A stretch of 57,988 nt of DNA. It comes from Patescibacteria group bacterium (GTDB taxonomy: Bacteria > Patescibacteriota > Minisyncoccia > 2-02-FULL-40-12). Below the pieces are notes generated by a model, which did no database searches, had not been told where the DNA came from, and saw nothing but the letters and a program-made list of their open reading frames with translations. The position numbers and the translations under genes are program-made. The stretch lies in the NCBI GenBank assembly GCA_038065855.1, contig JBBTQD010000013.1, positions 1-57,988 of the forward strand, read 5' to 3'. The first letter of the stretch is position 1. Each line of letters starts with the position of its first letter. Below are positions 9,517 to 18,089 of this stretch, in pieces.

Positions 9517-10766
9517 AAAAGAATGTAGAAAGAATTAAACGATGTCGATTTTGCAAAAAATCAGGATTGAAAATTTTTCTGAAATTACGGCCGATGCCAA
9601 AGCCGAATGCCTTTTTAACAAGTCCTCATGAAGAAGAACCTTTATATCCTTTGCAGATTTGTCGCTGTAATCGTTGTGGGTTAGTTCAGCTTACGCATAT
9701 GGTTAATCCACAGGAGATGTTTTCTCATTATCTTTATATGTCATCGATGTCTCAAATGATGTTGAAACATTTCGAAGATTCAGCAGCAAAACTTGTTAAT
9801 TATAGCCCTACTAAAGACAAGCCACTTGTTATTGATATTGGAAGTAATGATGGAAGTTTTTTAAAGGCGTTCCAAAGGCAAAAGGTTAATGTATTAGGAG
9901 TTGATCCGGCAAAAAATATAGCAAGAAAGGCTCAAAATGAAGGAGTTCCGACCCATAATGATTTTTTTTCCAAAAAAACATCTGAATATATTAAGAAAAA
10001 ATATGGATTTGCAGATCTTATTGTAGGGGTCAATGTATTTGCTCATATAGATGATTTAGGTGATGCACTTGAAGGAGTTGATCTTTTGTTAAAAAATAAC
10101 GGTGTTTTGATAATGGAATTTCCCTATCTCGTTGATCTTATTGAAAATAATGAATTCGATACTATTTATCACGAACATCGCTATTACTTTCTTTTAAAAC
10201 CTGTTGCCTGGATTTTAGAAAAAAACGGTTTTGAAGTATTTGATTGTGAACGTTTTAGTATTCATGGAGGTACTATACGATTATATGTTAAAAGAATTGG
10301 GGATACTCGATATACTGTTTCAGCTAAGGTAACTGACCTTTATAAACAAGAGGTCAAAAAGAAGATGTATATTCAAAAAACCTATGATGATTTTGCGAAA
10401 AGAATATATAAAATGAAAGATGATCTTTTGAAAGTATTACATAGACTAAAATCTCAAAATAAAAGAATCATTGGTTATGGAGCTTCGGCTAAAGGCAATG
10501 TGCTTCTTAATTTCTGTGGCATCGGACCCGAATTAATTGATTATATTGTTGATTCAACTCCGTATAAACAGGGTTTATTTACTCCGGGAACGCATATCCC
10601 GGTCCTTCCTGAAGATCAATTACTTAAAGATAAACCGGATTACGCTCTTTTACTTATCTGGAATTTTAAAGAAGAAGTTTTTAAAAAACAAAAAAAGTTC
10701 TTAGCCAACGGCTCTAAATTTATAATTCCGGTCCCGCGCGTAGAAATTATTTCTACCAAGGTATGA
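9513..10766 (+). CDS. NDP-hexose C-methyltransferase (TylC3-like; Zn-ribbon + class I MTase + C-methyltransferase C-terminal domain)
   Basis: N-terminal CRFC...CNRCGLVQL zinc ribbon followed by F.HYLYMSSMS. SAM motif VIDIGSNDGSFL. C-terminal IIGYGASAKGNVLLNFCG...DSTPYKQGLFTPGTHIPV...DYALLLIWNFKEEV, matching the three-domain sugar C-methyltransferase family. Confidence 0.8.
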   Translation: MKKNVERIKRCRFCKKSGLKIFLKLRPMPKPNAFLTSPHEEEPLYPLQICRCNRCGLVQLTHMVNPQEMFSHYLYMSSMSQMMLKHFEDSAAKLVNYSPTKDKPLVIDIGSNDGSFLKAFQRQKVNVLGVDPAKNIARKAQNEGVPTHNDFFSKKTSEYIKKKYGFADLIVGVNVFAHIDDLGDALEGVDLLLKNNGVLIMEFPYLVDLIENNEFDTIYHEHRYYFLLKPVAWILEKNGFEVFDCERFSIHGGTIRLYVKRIGDTRYTVSAKVTDLYKQEVKKKMYIQKTYDDFAKRIYKMKDDLLKVLHRLKSQNKRIIGYGASAKGNVLLNFCGIGPELIDYIVDSTPYKQGLFTPGTHIPVLPEDQLLKDKPDYALLLIWNFKEEVFKKQKKFLANGSKFIIPVPRVEIISTKV

Positions 10767-11416
10767 TAAAAACTGGGTATTATAGAAAAAAGAGCGTTGC
10801 ATACGGGATGAGTCATACGCGTCTAAAGAGAATTTTGGAATTAATCCCGCGTGATCGTAAATTACGAGTGTTGGAGGTTGGTTGTGCCAATGGCCGTTTA
10901 GGGCAAGAGATAAAAAGACTCGGCCATTTTGTGGCTGGAGTTGAGATATCTTTTGAAGCCGCGCAAAATGCCCGCCAGGTGCTCGATGAAGTTTATATTT
11001 TTGACGTTGAACAGGACTGGCCGGTTGAACTTTTAAACCAAAAGTTTGATTTAGTTGTTCTGTCCGAGATTCTGGAACATACTTTTGATCCGGTTTATGT
11101 TTTAAAAAAATCAGCTGCCGTTTTAAAACCGGTCGGAGAAATTATTATCACAACGCCGAATTTTATGACTTGGACAAATCGGGTTCGTTTTCTTTTTGGT
11201 TTTTTCAAATATGAAGAACAAGGGATGTTTGATTTTGGGCATATTCGATGGTTTACCTATAATTATTTGAAAGAAGTTCTGTATGAAAGCGGTTTTACAA
11301 TTACGGCCGAGAAGCATATTATTTTCCCTGGCAAACTGACCTGGATCCTAAAATTTTTCCCCAGTCTTTTTACTTTCCAGTTTGTAATCAAAGCAAAAAA
11401 GACCGGATATGTTTAA
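10763..11416 (+). CDS. Class I SAM-dependent methyltransferase (MetW-like architecture)
   Basis: VLEVGCANGRLG SAM motif, FDLVVLSEILEH, and TPNFMTWTNRVRFLFG, which is characteristic of MetW-like methyltransferases. Confidence 0.7.
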   Translation: MIKTGYYRKKSVAYGMSHTRLKRILELIPRDRKLRVLEVGCANGRLGQEIKRLGHFVAGVEISFEAAQNARQVLDEVYIFDVEQDWPVELLNQKFDLVVLSEILEHTFDPVYVLKKSAAVLKPVGEIIITTPNFMTWTNRVRFLFGFFKYEEQGMFDFGHIRWFTYNYLKEVLYESGFTITAEKHIIFPGKLTWILKFFPSLFTFQFVIKAKKTGYV

Positions 11417-12176
11417 AACAAACAAAAAAATTTTACTTACCGGGGGATCAGGAAGATTAGGTTTTAATATCAGGAAATTAATAAAGTGCGATGCTTCTGA
11501 TGAATCAATATTTATAAATCCAAGCAATCTTACACCGGCTGAAATTGAGCTTGACATCAGGGACCATAAAAAATGCCTGCGGGTCATAAAAAAATACAAG
11601 CCCGATATTATAATCCATTGTGCGGCCTGGACCGATGTAGCTGGTGCTGAAAAAAACAAAAAAGAATGTTGGGACACAAATGTTATCGGAACTCAAAATA
11701 TGGTTCGAGTAGCTCAAGGTCGGCGTTTCATCTATATTTCCACCGAATACGTATTCGACGGCGAAAAGGGAAATTATAAAGAAACCGACACGCCTAATCC
11801 GGTTAATTTTTACTCATTGACAAAACTGGTCGGCGAATTTATTGTAAGTCAGTATAAAAATACTTTAATAATCAGGACTTCTTTCAAACAGGACGGCCCT
11901 TGGCAATATCCGAAAGCGTTCGTCGATCAGTGGACCGGCGCCGATTTTGCCCGCGAGCGGGCGCCGGATATAATAAGGGCTGCTTTAATGACTGATTTGA
12001 CGGGGTTGATCCATATTACCGGGAAAAGAAAAAGCATTTACGATTTGGCAAGGTGCGCTTCGCCAGATGTTGGCAGAACGTCCATAAAAGATGTTAAAGT
12101 GAAATTACCAAAAGACACTTCATTAGATATTTCACTATGGAAACGGATATTAAAATCAAGCCGTGTAAAAAAGTAG
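11409..12176 (+). CDS. RmlD-like NDP-4-keto-6-deoxyhexose reductase (short form)
   Basis: ILLTGGSGRLG; IIHCAAWTDVAGAEKNKKECWDTNVIGTQN; FIYISTEYVFDGEKGNYKETDTPNPVNFYSLTKLVGE (YxxxK). This is the classical RmlD substrate-binding-domain pattern. Confidence 0.7.
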   Translation: MFKTNKKILLTGGSGRLGFNIRKLIKCDASDESIFINPSNLTPAEIELDIRDHKKCLRVIKKYKPDIIIHCAAWTDVAGAEKNKKECWDTNVIGTQNMVRVAQGRRFIYISTEYVFDGEKGNYKETDTPNPVNFYSLTKLVGEFIVSQYKNTLIIRTSFKQDGPWQYPKAFVDQWTGADFARERAPDIIRAALMTDLTGLIHITGKRKSIYDLARCASPDVGRTSIKDVKVKLPKDTSLDISLWKRILKSSRVKK

Positions 12177-12628
12177 AAACCTTTGATTCAAATAAGAAAC
12201 CGAACGGATGGCTGCTGGAAATAATCAGTGACCGGGATGCTTTTACCGAAAATCTAACAGGGCAAGTATATTTAACCACTATCAAGCCCGGAGAAGAGAA
12301 GGGTTTTCATGTCCATGCCGGCGCAAAATATTTTGTTACTTGTCTTAAGGGCCGGATTAAATCAGTGATTTATACTGATAGGTTTAATAAGCAGGAGATA
12401 CAGTCGGGAGACGGCAATTTCAAGACCTATGAATTGCCGCTCGGCTCGGCTCATTTACTTTCCAATAAAGGAGACAAAGAAGAGGCTTATGTTTTAATTT
12501 ATCGTTTTCCTTCCTGGAGTCCTGACTTTAAAGAACAGCTGGATATTTCGCCTGAAGAAATAGATACGGAAGAGACTTGGCGCAAAATAAATTCTTTTGT
12601 AAAAAAAATTCAATTGCAGGCGTTTTGA
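12137..12628 (+). CDS. Cupin-fold sugar epimerase/isomerase-like protein
   Basis: KPNGWLLEI...GQVYLTTIKPGEEKGFHVHAGAKYFVTCLKGRIKSVIY is a cupin barrel with a His motif. Sits beside the RmlD-like and C-methyltransferase genes and overlaps the upstream gene by 40 nt. Confidence 0.5.
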   Translation: METDIKIKPCKKVETFDSNKKPNGWLLEIISDRDAFTENLTGQVYLTTIKPGEEKGFHVHAGAKYFVTCLKGRIKSVIYTDRFNKQEIQSGDGNFKTYELPLGSAHLLSNKGDKEEAYVLIYRFPSWSPDFKEQLDISPEEIDTEETWRKINSFVKKIQLQAF

Positions 12629-12668
12629 CGGATTCCTCTTTAGGTATTAATTTAAACTTGCCATTTTG

Positions 12669-13847
12669 ATGAATATATTGGTTATCGGTTTTCCTTATGT
12701 CAGAGAGAGTTATTTAGAAACTTTCAGGTGCTATCCCAAAAAGGAAAGTGTGTTTTTTTTATTGCCGGAGGCCTGGAAAGTGAAGAAAGGCAAAGTAATT
12801 TTCCGGCCGCCGAAAGAAAAGAACATATTTACCACAAAAACTTTTTTTCATCACTCCCTTTATCCGATTATTGGCGGATCACTTAAAGGTTGGATGCCGG
12901 CAGTTCCTTTGTTTTTATTGAAAAACAGAAGAAAGTTTGATTTAGTTTATAACTGCAGCGAACCGGTTCTTTTGACAACTTTATATAATTCTTTATGGAT
13001 TAAGTTTTTCGGATTAAAAAATATAATTTTTTCGTGGGAGAACATTCCATATGAGCAGAAATTAAAAGGCATCAACCGCCTGATTAAAAAATCTATCTTA
13101 AAATTAAATATTTTATTTTGCGATGGCATAATTTGTGGAAACAAAAAAGGATTTGAGATTTTCAGAAAGACTGCAAAAAAACCGATGTCAATTATTCCAA
13201 TGAGCGGGGTAGACACGAATTTTTTTGTACCTGCTGAAAAAAGCGGCAAAGCCCGATTTTTTAAAGATATAAATTTAAACGATAAAATCGTTTTTACTTT
13301 TGCTGGAGCAATAGATTACAGAAAGGGCGTTCATCTCATATTAAAGTCGTTAAAAGAAGTTTTAATCGAACTGTCTAATTCTTTTTTTATAATTGCCGGC
13401 AGCGGAGAATACGAAAAAGAAATTGACGGTTTGATAGAAAAACTGGGATTAAAAAATTATGTTTTGAGGGTTTCATGGCTGAACCAATCAGAGCTTAAAG
13501 AACTTTTATCGGTTTCCGACGTGTTTTTATATCCCAGCCTGCCTTTTAAAGGCTGGGAAGAACAATTCGGCTATTCAATGGCCGAGGCCTCGCTTATGGA
13601 GCTTCCTATAATATCCACCCGTTCCGGCTCAATAGAAGACGTAGTAAAAGACAATCATACGGGAATTTTAATAAAACCGGACAATGCAGAAGAACTTAAA
13701 AACGCTATGATTAAATTGGGTAATGACCGAAATCTAAGAAATTTATTAGGCAAAGAGGGTAGAGAATATATAGTTGAGAATTTCAGCCACAAAGTTATTG
13801 CCGAGAAATTTTATAAATTCTTTGAAAGTTTCAATTTTAAAACATGA
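12669..13847 (+). CDS. GT4 glycosyltransferase
   Basis: FTFAGAIDYRKGVHLILKS...; EQFGYSMAEASLMELPIISTRSGSIEDVV (EX7E region). I prefer the ATG at 12669 over the listed TTG at 12666. Confidence 0.8.
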   Translation: MNILVIGFPYVRESYLETFRCYPKKESVFFLLPEAWKVKKGKVIFRPPKEKNIFTTKTFFHHSLYPIIGGSLKGWMPAVPLFLLKNRRKFDLVYNCSEPVLLTTLYNSLWIKFFGLKNIIFSWENIPYEQKLKGINRLIKKSILKLNILFCDGIICGNKKGFEIFRKTAKKPMSIIPMSGVDTNFFVPAEKSGKARFFKDINLNDKIVFTFAGAIDYRKGVHLILKSLKEVLIELSNSFFIIAGSGEYEKEIDGLIEKLGLKNYVLRVSWLNQSELKELLSVSDVFLYPSLPFKGWEEQFGYSMAEASLMELPIISTRSGSIEDVVKDNHTGILIKPDNAEELKNAMIKLGNDRNLRNLLGKEGREYIVENFSHKVIAEKFYKFFESFNFKT

Positions 13848-15025
13848 AAATGATTTATATTTCCAACCAACGCCTTCCGACGGAGAAAGCATATGGAGTC
13901 CAGATTGCCAAGATGTGCGAGGTTTTTGGCAGTTTGGGATTGGATGTTTTTTTAATCGCGCCATACAGAATAAGCAGAATAAAAAATAATTTATTTGAAT
14001 ACTACGGCGTCAAAATCAATTTTAAGTTCAAAAAGATTTTTTCTCCTGATTTTTATTTGCTGGGCAAATTAAATTGGGTTGCTTTTCAAATTAAGAATTT
14101 TATTTCCACCGTCATTTTAGTAATTTATGTTTTAGTTCAGAAATCGGACATTATTTATTCCCGCGATGAACTGCCTTTGTATTTATTAAGTTTTTTTAAA
14201 AAAAATATATTTTTTGAGCTCCACAAATTTTCCAAAAGAAAAAAGATGTTTTACAGAAGATTTAAAAAATTAAACCTTAAAATTATAGTTATTTCCAAAG
14301 GGAATAGAGAAGAACTTTTGAAACTCGGTTTTAAAGAAAACAATATAGCAGTTGCTCCCGACGGAGTGGATCTGGAGAAATTTTCAAATTTAGCGTCGGA
14401 TGACCCATTCGATAAAACTCAGGGTCATCCTGAGCGAAGTCGAACGGATGACAGATCAGCAATTCGGAAACAGCTGAATCTGCCCCAAAACAAGAAAATA
14501 ATCGGATACGTAGGCCAGTTAAAGACAATGGGAATGGAGAAGGGGATAGGCACGCTTATTAAAGCTTTTAAAATAATTAATCTGCAAAATAAAGACTTAA
14601 TGTTAGTGATAGTCGGGGGCAGAGAAGAAGACCTTAGGGAGTATGAACCAAGCGAAGATATTTTATTTTTAGGCCATAAACCATATAATTTAATTCCTTG
14701 CTACTTAAAAGCTTTTGATGTCTTAACAATGCCGTTTCCCTATAATCATCATTATGCTTTTTATATGTCTCCCTTAAAGCTTTTTGAATATATGGCGATG
14801 AATCGGCCGATTGTGGCCACCGATTTGCCGGCCACCAGAGAGATTCTTAATGAAAATAACGCCATTTTGGTAAAAGCTGATAGTGTTCAAAGTCTTTCCG
14901 AAGGTATAAAAAAATTATTGGAAGATGAAGATTTGGCTAAAAAATTATCAGAGCAGGCTTTTCAAGACGTTCAAAATTATACTTGGTTAAAAAGAGCTGG
15001 AATAATTTTGGAATTTATAAAATGA
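13844..15025 (+). CDS. GT4 glycosyltransferase carrying an in-frame palindromic insertion in the interdomain linker
   Basis: IGYVGQLKTMGMEKGIGTLIKAF...; SPLKLFEYMAMNRPIVATDLPATREIL. The linker between GVDLEKF and IRKQLNLP is about 20 aa longer than in the paralogue at 12669..13847. Confidence 0.75.
   Translation: MKMIYISNQRLPTEKAYGVQIAKMCEVFGSLGLDVFLIAPYRISRIKNNLFEYYGVKINFKFKKIFSPDFYLLGKLNWVAFQIKNFISTVILVIYVLVQKSDIIYSRDELPLYLLSFFKKNIFFELHKFSKRKKMFYRRFKKLNLKIIVISKGNREELLKLGFKENNIAVAPDGVDLEKFSNLASDDPFDKTQGHPERSRTDDRSAIRKQLNLPQNKKIIGYVGQLKTMGMEKGIGTLIKAFKIINLQNKDLMLVIVGGREEDLREYEPSEDILFLGHKPYNLIPCYLKAFDVLTMPFPYNHHYAFYMSPLKLFEYMAMNRPIVATDLPATREILNENNAILVKADSVQSLSEGIKKLLEDEDLAKKLSEQAFQDVQNYTWLKRAGIILEFIK
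14396..14455. repeat. GC-rich palindromic mini-element (nested inverted repeats) inside the GT4 coding sequence
   Basis: ggatgaccc (14398-14406) pairs with gggtcatcc (14422-14430). gtcatcc (14424-14430) pairs with ggatgac (14446-14452). About 50% GC in a gene of about 28% GC. Translates as DDPFDKTQGHPERSRTDD on + and HPFDFAQDDP on -. Confidence 0.7.
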
Positions 15026-15723
15026 AAATCATTATCATTATCCCTACTTACAATGAAAAAGAAAACATTGTTTCTCTAGCCCATAGTATTTTTGAACATC
15101 ATCCCGATGTTTCAATTTTAGTGGTTGATGATAATTCTCCTGATGGGACTGCTGATTTGGTTAAAGAATTACAGAAGAAACTTCCCCGGCTGGCCCTTCA
15201 CCAAAGATTAAGTGATAAAGGTTTCGGCAAGTCCTATATCGATGGTTTCAAAAAGATTATCTTCGATAGTGAATATGAAACAATAGTGATGATGGATGCC
15301 GATTTTTCCCATGACCACAAAGAGATTTCGGAAATGGTTAGAAAACTTTCAGAATATGATGCAGCCATAGGTTCAAGATATGTCCGGGGTGGCAGGATTG
15401 AGAATTGGAACTGGCGGCGCCGGTTTTTAAGCAGATTCGCGAATTTTTACGCCAAGACGATTTTAGGAGTGACGATTTTTGATTTGACCACCGGTTTTAT
15501 GTGTTTTCGAAAAGATATTTTAAAAAACATTGATTTGGATTCTATAAAGTCGGAAGGCTACGCTTTTTTAGTGGAGTTGAAGTATAAGATGTTTAAATCC
15601 GGCCTAAAAATTATAGAACATCCGATTATTTTTACCGAAAGAAGAGAGGGGCAATCCAAAATGTCTTTTAGGAATATTTGGGAAGCAATCTGGCTGCCAT
15701 GGAAACTAAGATTTTCAAAATAA
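15022..15723 (+). CDS. Polyprenol-phosphate mannose/glycose synthase (Dpm1-like GT2)
   Basis: MKIIIIIPTYNEKENI...ILVVDDNSPDGTADLV...MDADFSHD (DxD)...GSRY. ATG at 15022 forms an ATGA overlap with the upstream stop. The listed ORF start 14983 is an in-frame read-through extension. Confidence 0.8.
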   Translation: MKIIIIIPTYNEKENIVSLAHSIFEHHPDVSILVVDDNSPDGTADLVKELQKKLPRLALHQRLSDKGFGKSYIDGFKKIIFDSEYETIVMMDADFSHDHKEISEMVRKLSEYDAAIGSRYVRGGRIENWNWRRRFLSRFANFYAKTILGVTIFDLTTGFMCFRKDILKNIDLDSIKSEGYAFLVELKYKMFKSGLKIIEHPIIFTERREGQSKMSFRNIWEAIWLPWKLRFSK

Positions 15724-17390
15724 TCAAAGAACATTGGTTTGCAGTGATAACAGTCGTGATTCTGGCTATTTTGATGATTCTGCCGTTTTTTTATTTTCAG
15801 ATATCGCTTGGCGATGAATATAAGGGAATACTTAATCAAGTTATAGATGATGAACTATTTTACATGGCCAGAATTAAAGACGTTATGGACGGTTACCCGA
15901 CTTTAGGCAACGTCTATTTATTGGAACATAAGGATCAATTACCTCAGCAGTTGTTTTTGCCGGAATTTCTTCTGGCTCAGCCGCTTAAACTTTTAAACCT
16001 TGATATTATTCAGGGCAGAGTTATTTATAATTTTGTCCTGCCAGCTATTGCTTTAATTTTAACTTATTTAGCTTTTTACCTAATTTATCCTTCGAGATTT
16101 TGGGCTAGCATTTTCACCACATTTTTATTTTTCGGTCTTTATCTTTTTAAATTTACCAGGCCGGTTATCCCGCAATTTGTCTTTATTTTCTGGCTCTCGC
16201 AATTTATTTTTCTTTGGCAGCTCCTAAAAAATCATTCGAATAAAACTTTTATATTTTTAAACATTTTAAACTTTGGTTTGCTGTTTTATTTATATCCTTT
16301 TTACTGGACTTTCTATTTTGTGTTTCTGGCGATTTTAACGGCTGTTTATTTTTTTAATGATAAATTATTATCAAAACAGTTCTTAAAGATTTTAATCGGC
16401 GGGCTGATCATTGGTTCTTTATATTTTTATTTCACTTTTTTAGCCAGTCAGCTTCCAGAGTACAAAGAAACTTTGACCCGGCTACAATTAGTTTTTTCCC
16501 GTTCGCCTTCTGAAATAAAAACAGTTCTCCCGGCATTTATTGTTTTAATTCTAGTTAGCATTCTTTACCGGTTAAAGGCGATAGAAATAAACAGAGAGGT
16601 TTTATTTTTCATTGCCGGCATTATTTCAATATTCTTGGTTACCAATCAAAATATCATAACCGGCCAGAAGTTTGAATTCGGCCATTACCGCATGCTGGCC
16701 GTATTTTTTATGGTTTTTGTGATTTATTATTTATTGAATCAAGTTAAACTTTTAAACTTTAAACTTAAATTTCTTGCCGTTTCTTTAATAATTATTTTTA
16801 GCGCCTACGGCACGTACGATTATACTCAAAGGATTTTTAAAGTTTCTGAACGGGATATTTATATCCAAAGATACGGAGCGGTCTTTGACTGGCTTAATAA
16901 AAATACTCCTCTTGATTCAGTGGTTTATGCCAACGAAGAAATTTCTGAACTAATCCCTGTATATACCTCTAATAATGTTTTTTACTCACGCTATGCTAAT
17001 TTATTCATAATGCCTGATAAAGAAGCCGAAGAAAGGTTTATCCTTAATAATTTTTTTGAAGAATTTGATAAAGATTTTGTGATTAAAAACGAAAGAGCGA
17101 TTTTCGGCGTCAGATACATTGATCGATACGGCGATGCGGTTCAGGCAAATAAATGGCGGAGATTGTTAAGCCTTGGATTAAAAGATGAAATTCGTCTGCC
17201 TGAAAATGAAATTGAAAAAGTTTTAACCAAAGCCGGAGAAATTCAGATAAGCCCGCTTGATAAAAGCTTAAAAAAATACCAAGTTGATTACTTTATTTGG
17301 GATAAAAATAAAAATCCGAATTGGAAGCCGGAAGAGTTTAAATTAAAACCGGCATATAATTTTGAAAATATTTATATTTTTAGAAGATGA
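15699..17390 (+). CDS. Large polytopic membrane protein, GT-C-like by architecture only
   Basis: About 560 aa with about 12 hydrophobic helices and a ~180-aa soluble C-terminal domain. Immediately downstream of, and overlapping, the Dpm1-like gene. The start (15678 or 15699) is uncertain. Confidence 0.45.
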   Translation: METKIFKIIKEHWFAVITVVILAILMILPFFYFQISLGDEYKGILNQVIDDELFYMARIKDVMDGYPTLGNVYLLEHKDQLPQQLFLPEFLLAQPLKLLNLDIIQGRVIYNFVLPAIALILTYLAFYLIYPSRFWASIFTTFLFFGLYLFKFTRPVIPQFVFIFWLSQFIFLWQLLKNHSNKTFIFLNILNFGLLFYLYPFYWTFYFVFLAILTAVYFFNDKLLSKQFLKILIGGLIIGSLYFYFTFLASQLPEYKETLTRLQLVFSRSPSEIKTVLPAFIVLILVSILYRLKAIEINREVLFFIAGIISIFLVTNQNIITGQKFEFGHYRMLAVFFMVFVIYYLLNQVKLLNFKLKFLAVSLIIIFSAYGTYDYTQRIFKVSERDIYIQRYGAVFDWLNKNTPLDSVVYANEEISELIPVYTSNNVFYSRYANLFIMPDKEAEERFILNNFFEEFDKDFVIKNERAIFGVRYIDRYGDAVQANKWRRLLSLGLKDEIRLPENEIEKVLTKAGEIQISPLDKSLKKYQVDYFIWDKNKNPNWKPEEFKLKPAYNFENIYIFRR

Positions 17391-18076
17391 AAATATCAAT
17401 CATTATTCCTGTATTCAATGAGCGGAAGACCATTAATCAAATTATCCAGGCGGTGGAGCGGGTGGATTTAGGCCCGATTGAAAAGGAGCTCATTATCGTG
17501 GATGACGGGTCTACGGATGGGACAAAAGAAATCCTTGCCGGATTCGAGAAGCGCCACCGCGTTATCCATCAGCCCAAAAATATGGGCAAGGGAGCGGCTC
17601 TTCGCCGGGGCTTTCAAGAAGCGTCCGGAGATTATATATTAAATCAGGATGCGGACTTGGAATATGACCCGGCCGATTATGTCTTACTGGCCAAGCCAAT
17701 AGTAAATGGCACTGCGGATGTCGTGTTTGGTTCCCGCCATCTTGATCCGGCAAAAAATAAGTATGTGTATAAGCGCTATCTCTGGGGGGGATTGTTTCTG
17801 AATTTCGTTGTTAACGCGTGCACCGGTATCGGGATAAACGACATTTTTTCCGGCAGTAAGCTGTTCCCGCGCTCGGCCTTAAAGCGTATTTCCTTGACCA
17901 GCAACGGGTTTGAAATTGAAACCGAACTGGCCATTAAACTAGCGCGCGCCAGATACAAAATTTTAGAGGTTCCCATTTCATATAAAGCGCGCCGGATTGA
18001 AGAGGGCAAGAAAATACGCCCCATAGATGGTATAAAAATTCTAAAGGCCGCGATTAAAAGCCGATGGTTCGATTAA
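17387..18076 (+). CDS. GT2 polyprenol-phosphate glycosyltransferase (ArnC/Dpm1-like)
   Basis: KISIIIPVFNERKTI...IIVDDGSTDGT...QDADLEYDP...GSRH. GC steps from about 30% to about 50% exactly at the ATGA junction. Confidence 0.8.
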   Translation: MKISIIIPVFNERKTINQIIQAVERVDLGPIEKELIIVDDGSTDGTKEILAGFEKRHRVIHQPKNMGKGAALRRGFQEASGDYILNQDADLEYDPADYVLLAKPIVNGTADVVFGSRHLDPAKNKYVYKRYLWGGLFLNFVVNACTGIGINDIFSGSKLFPRSALKRISLTSNGFEIETELAIKLARARYKILEVPISYKARRIEEGKKIRPIDGIKILKAAIKSRWFD

Positions 18077-18089
18077 CAACTCACCATAA

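Noticed and set aside
14983-15021. The N-terminal extension (MVKKSWNNFGIYK) of the Dpm1-like ORF.
   Set aside because: It lies entirely within the 3' end of the upstream GT4 gene. The canonical GT2 N-terminus MKIIIIIPTYNE starts at the ATGA overlap at 15022.
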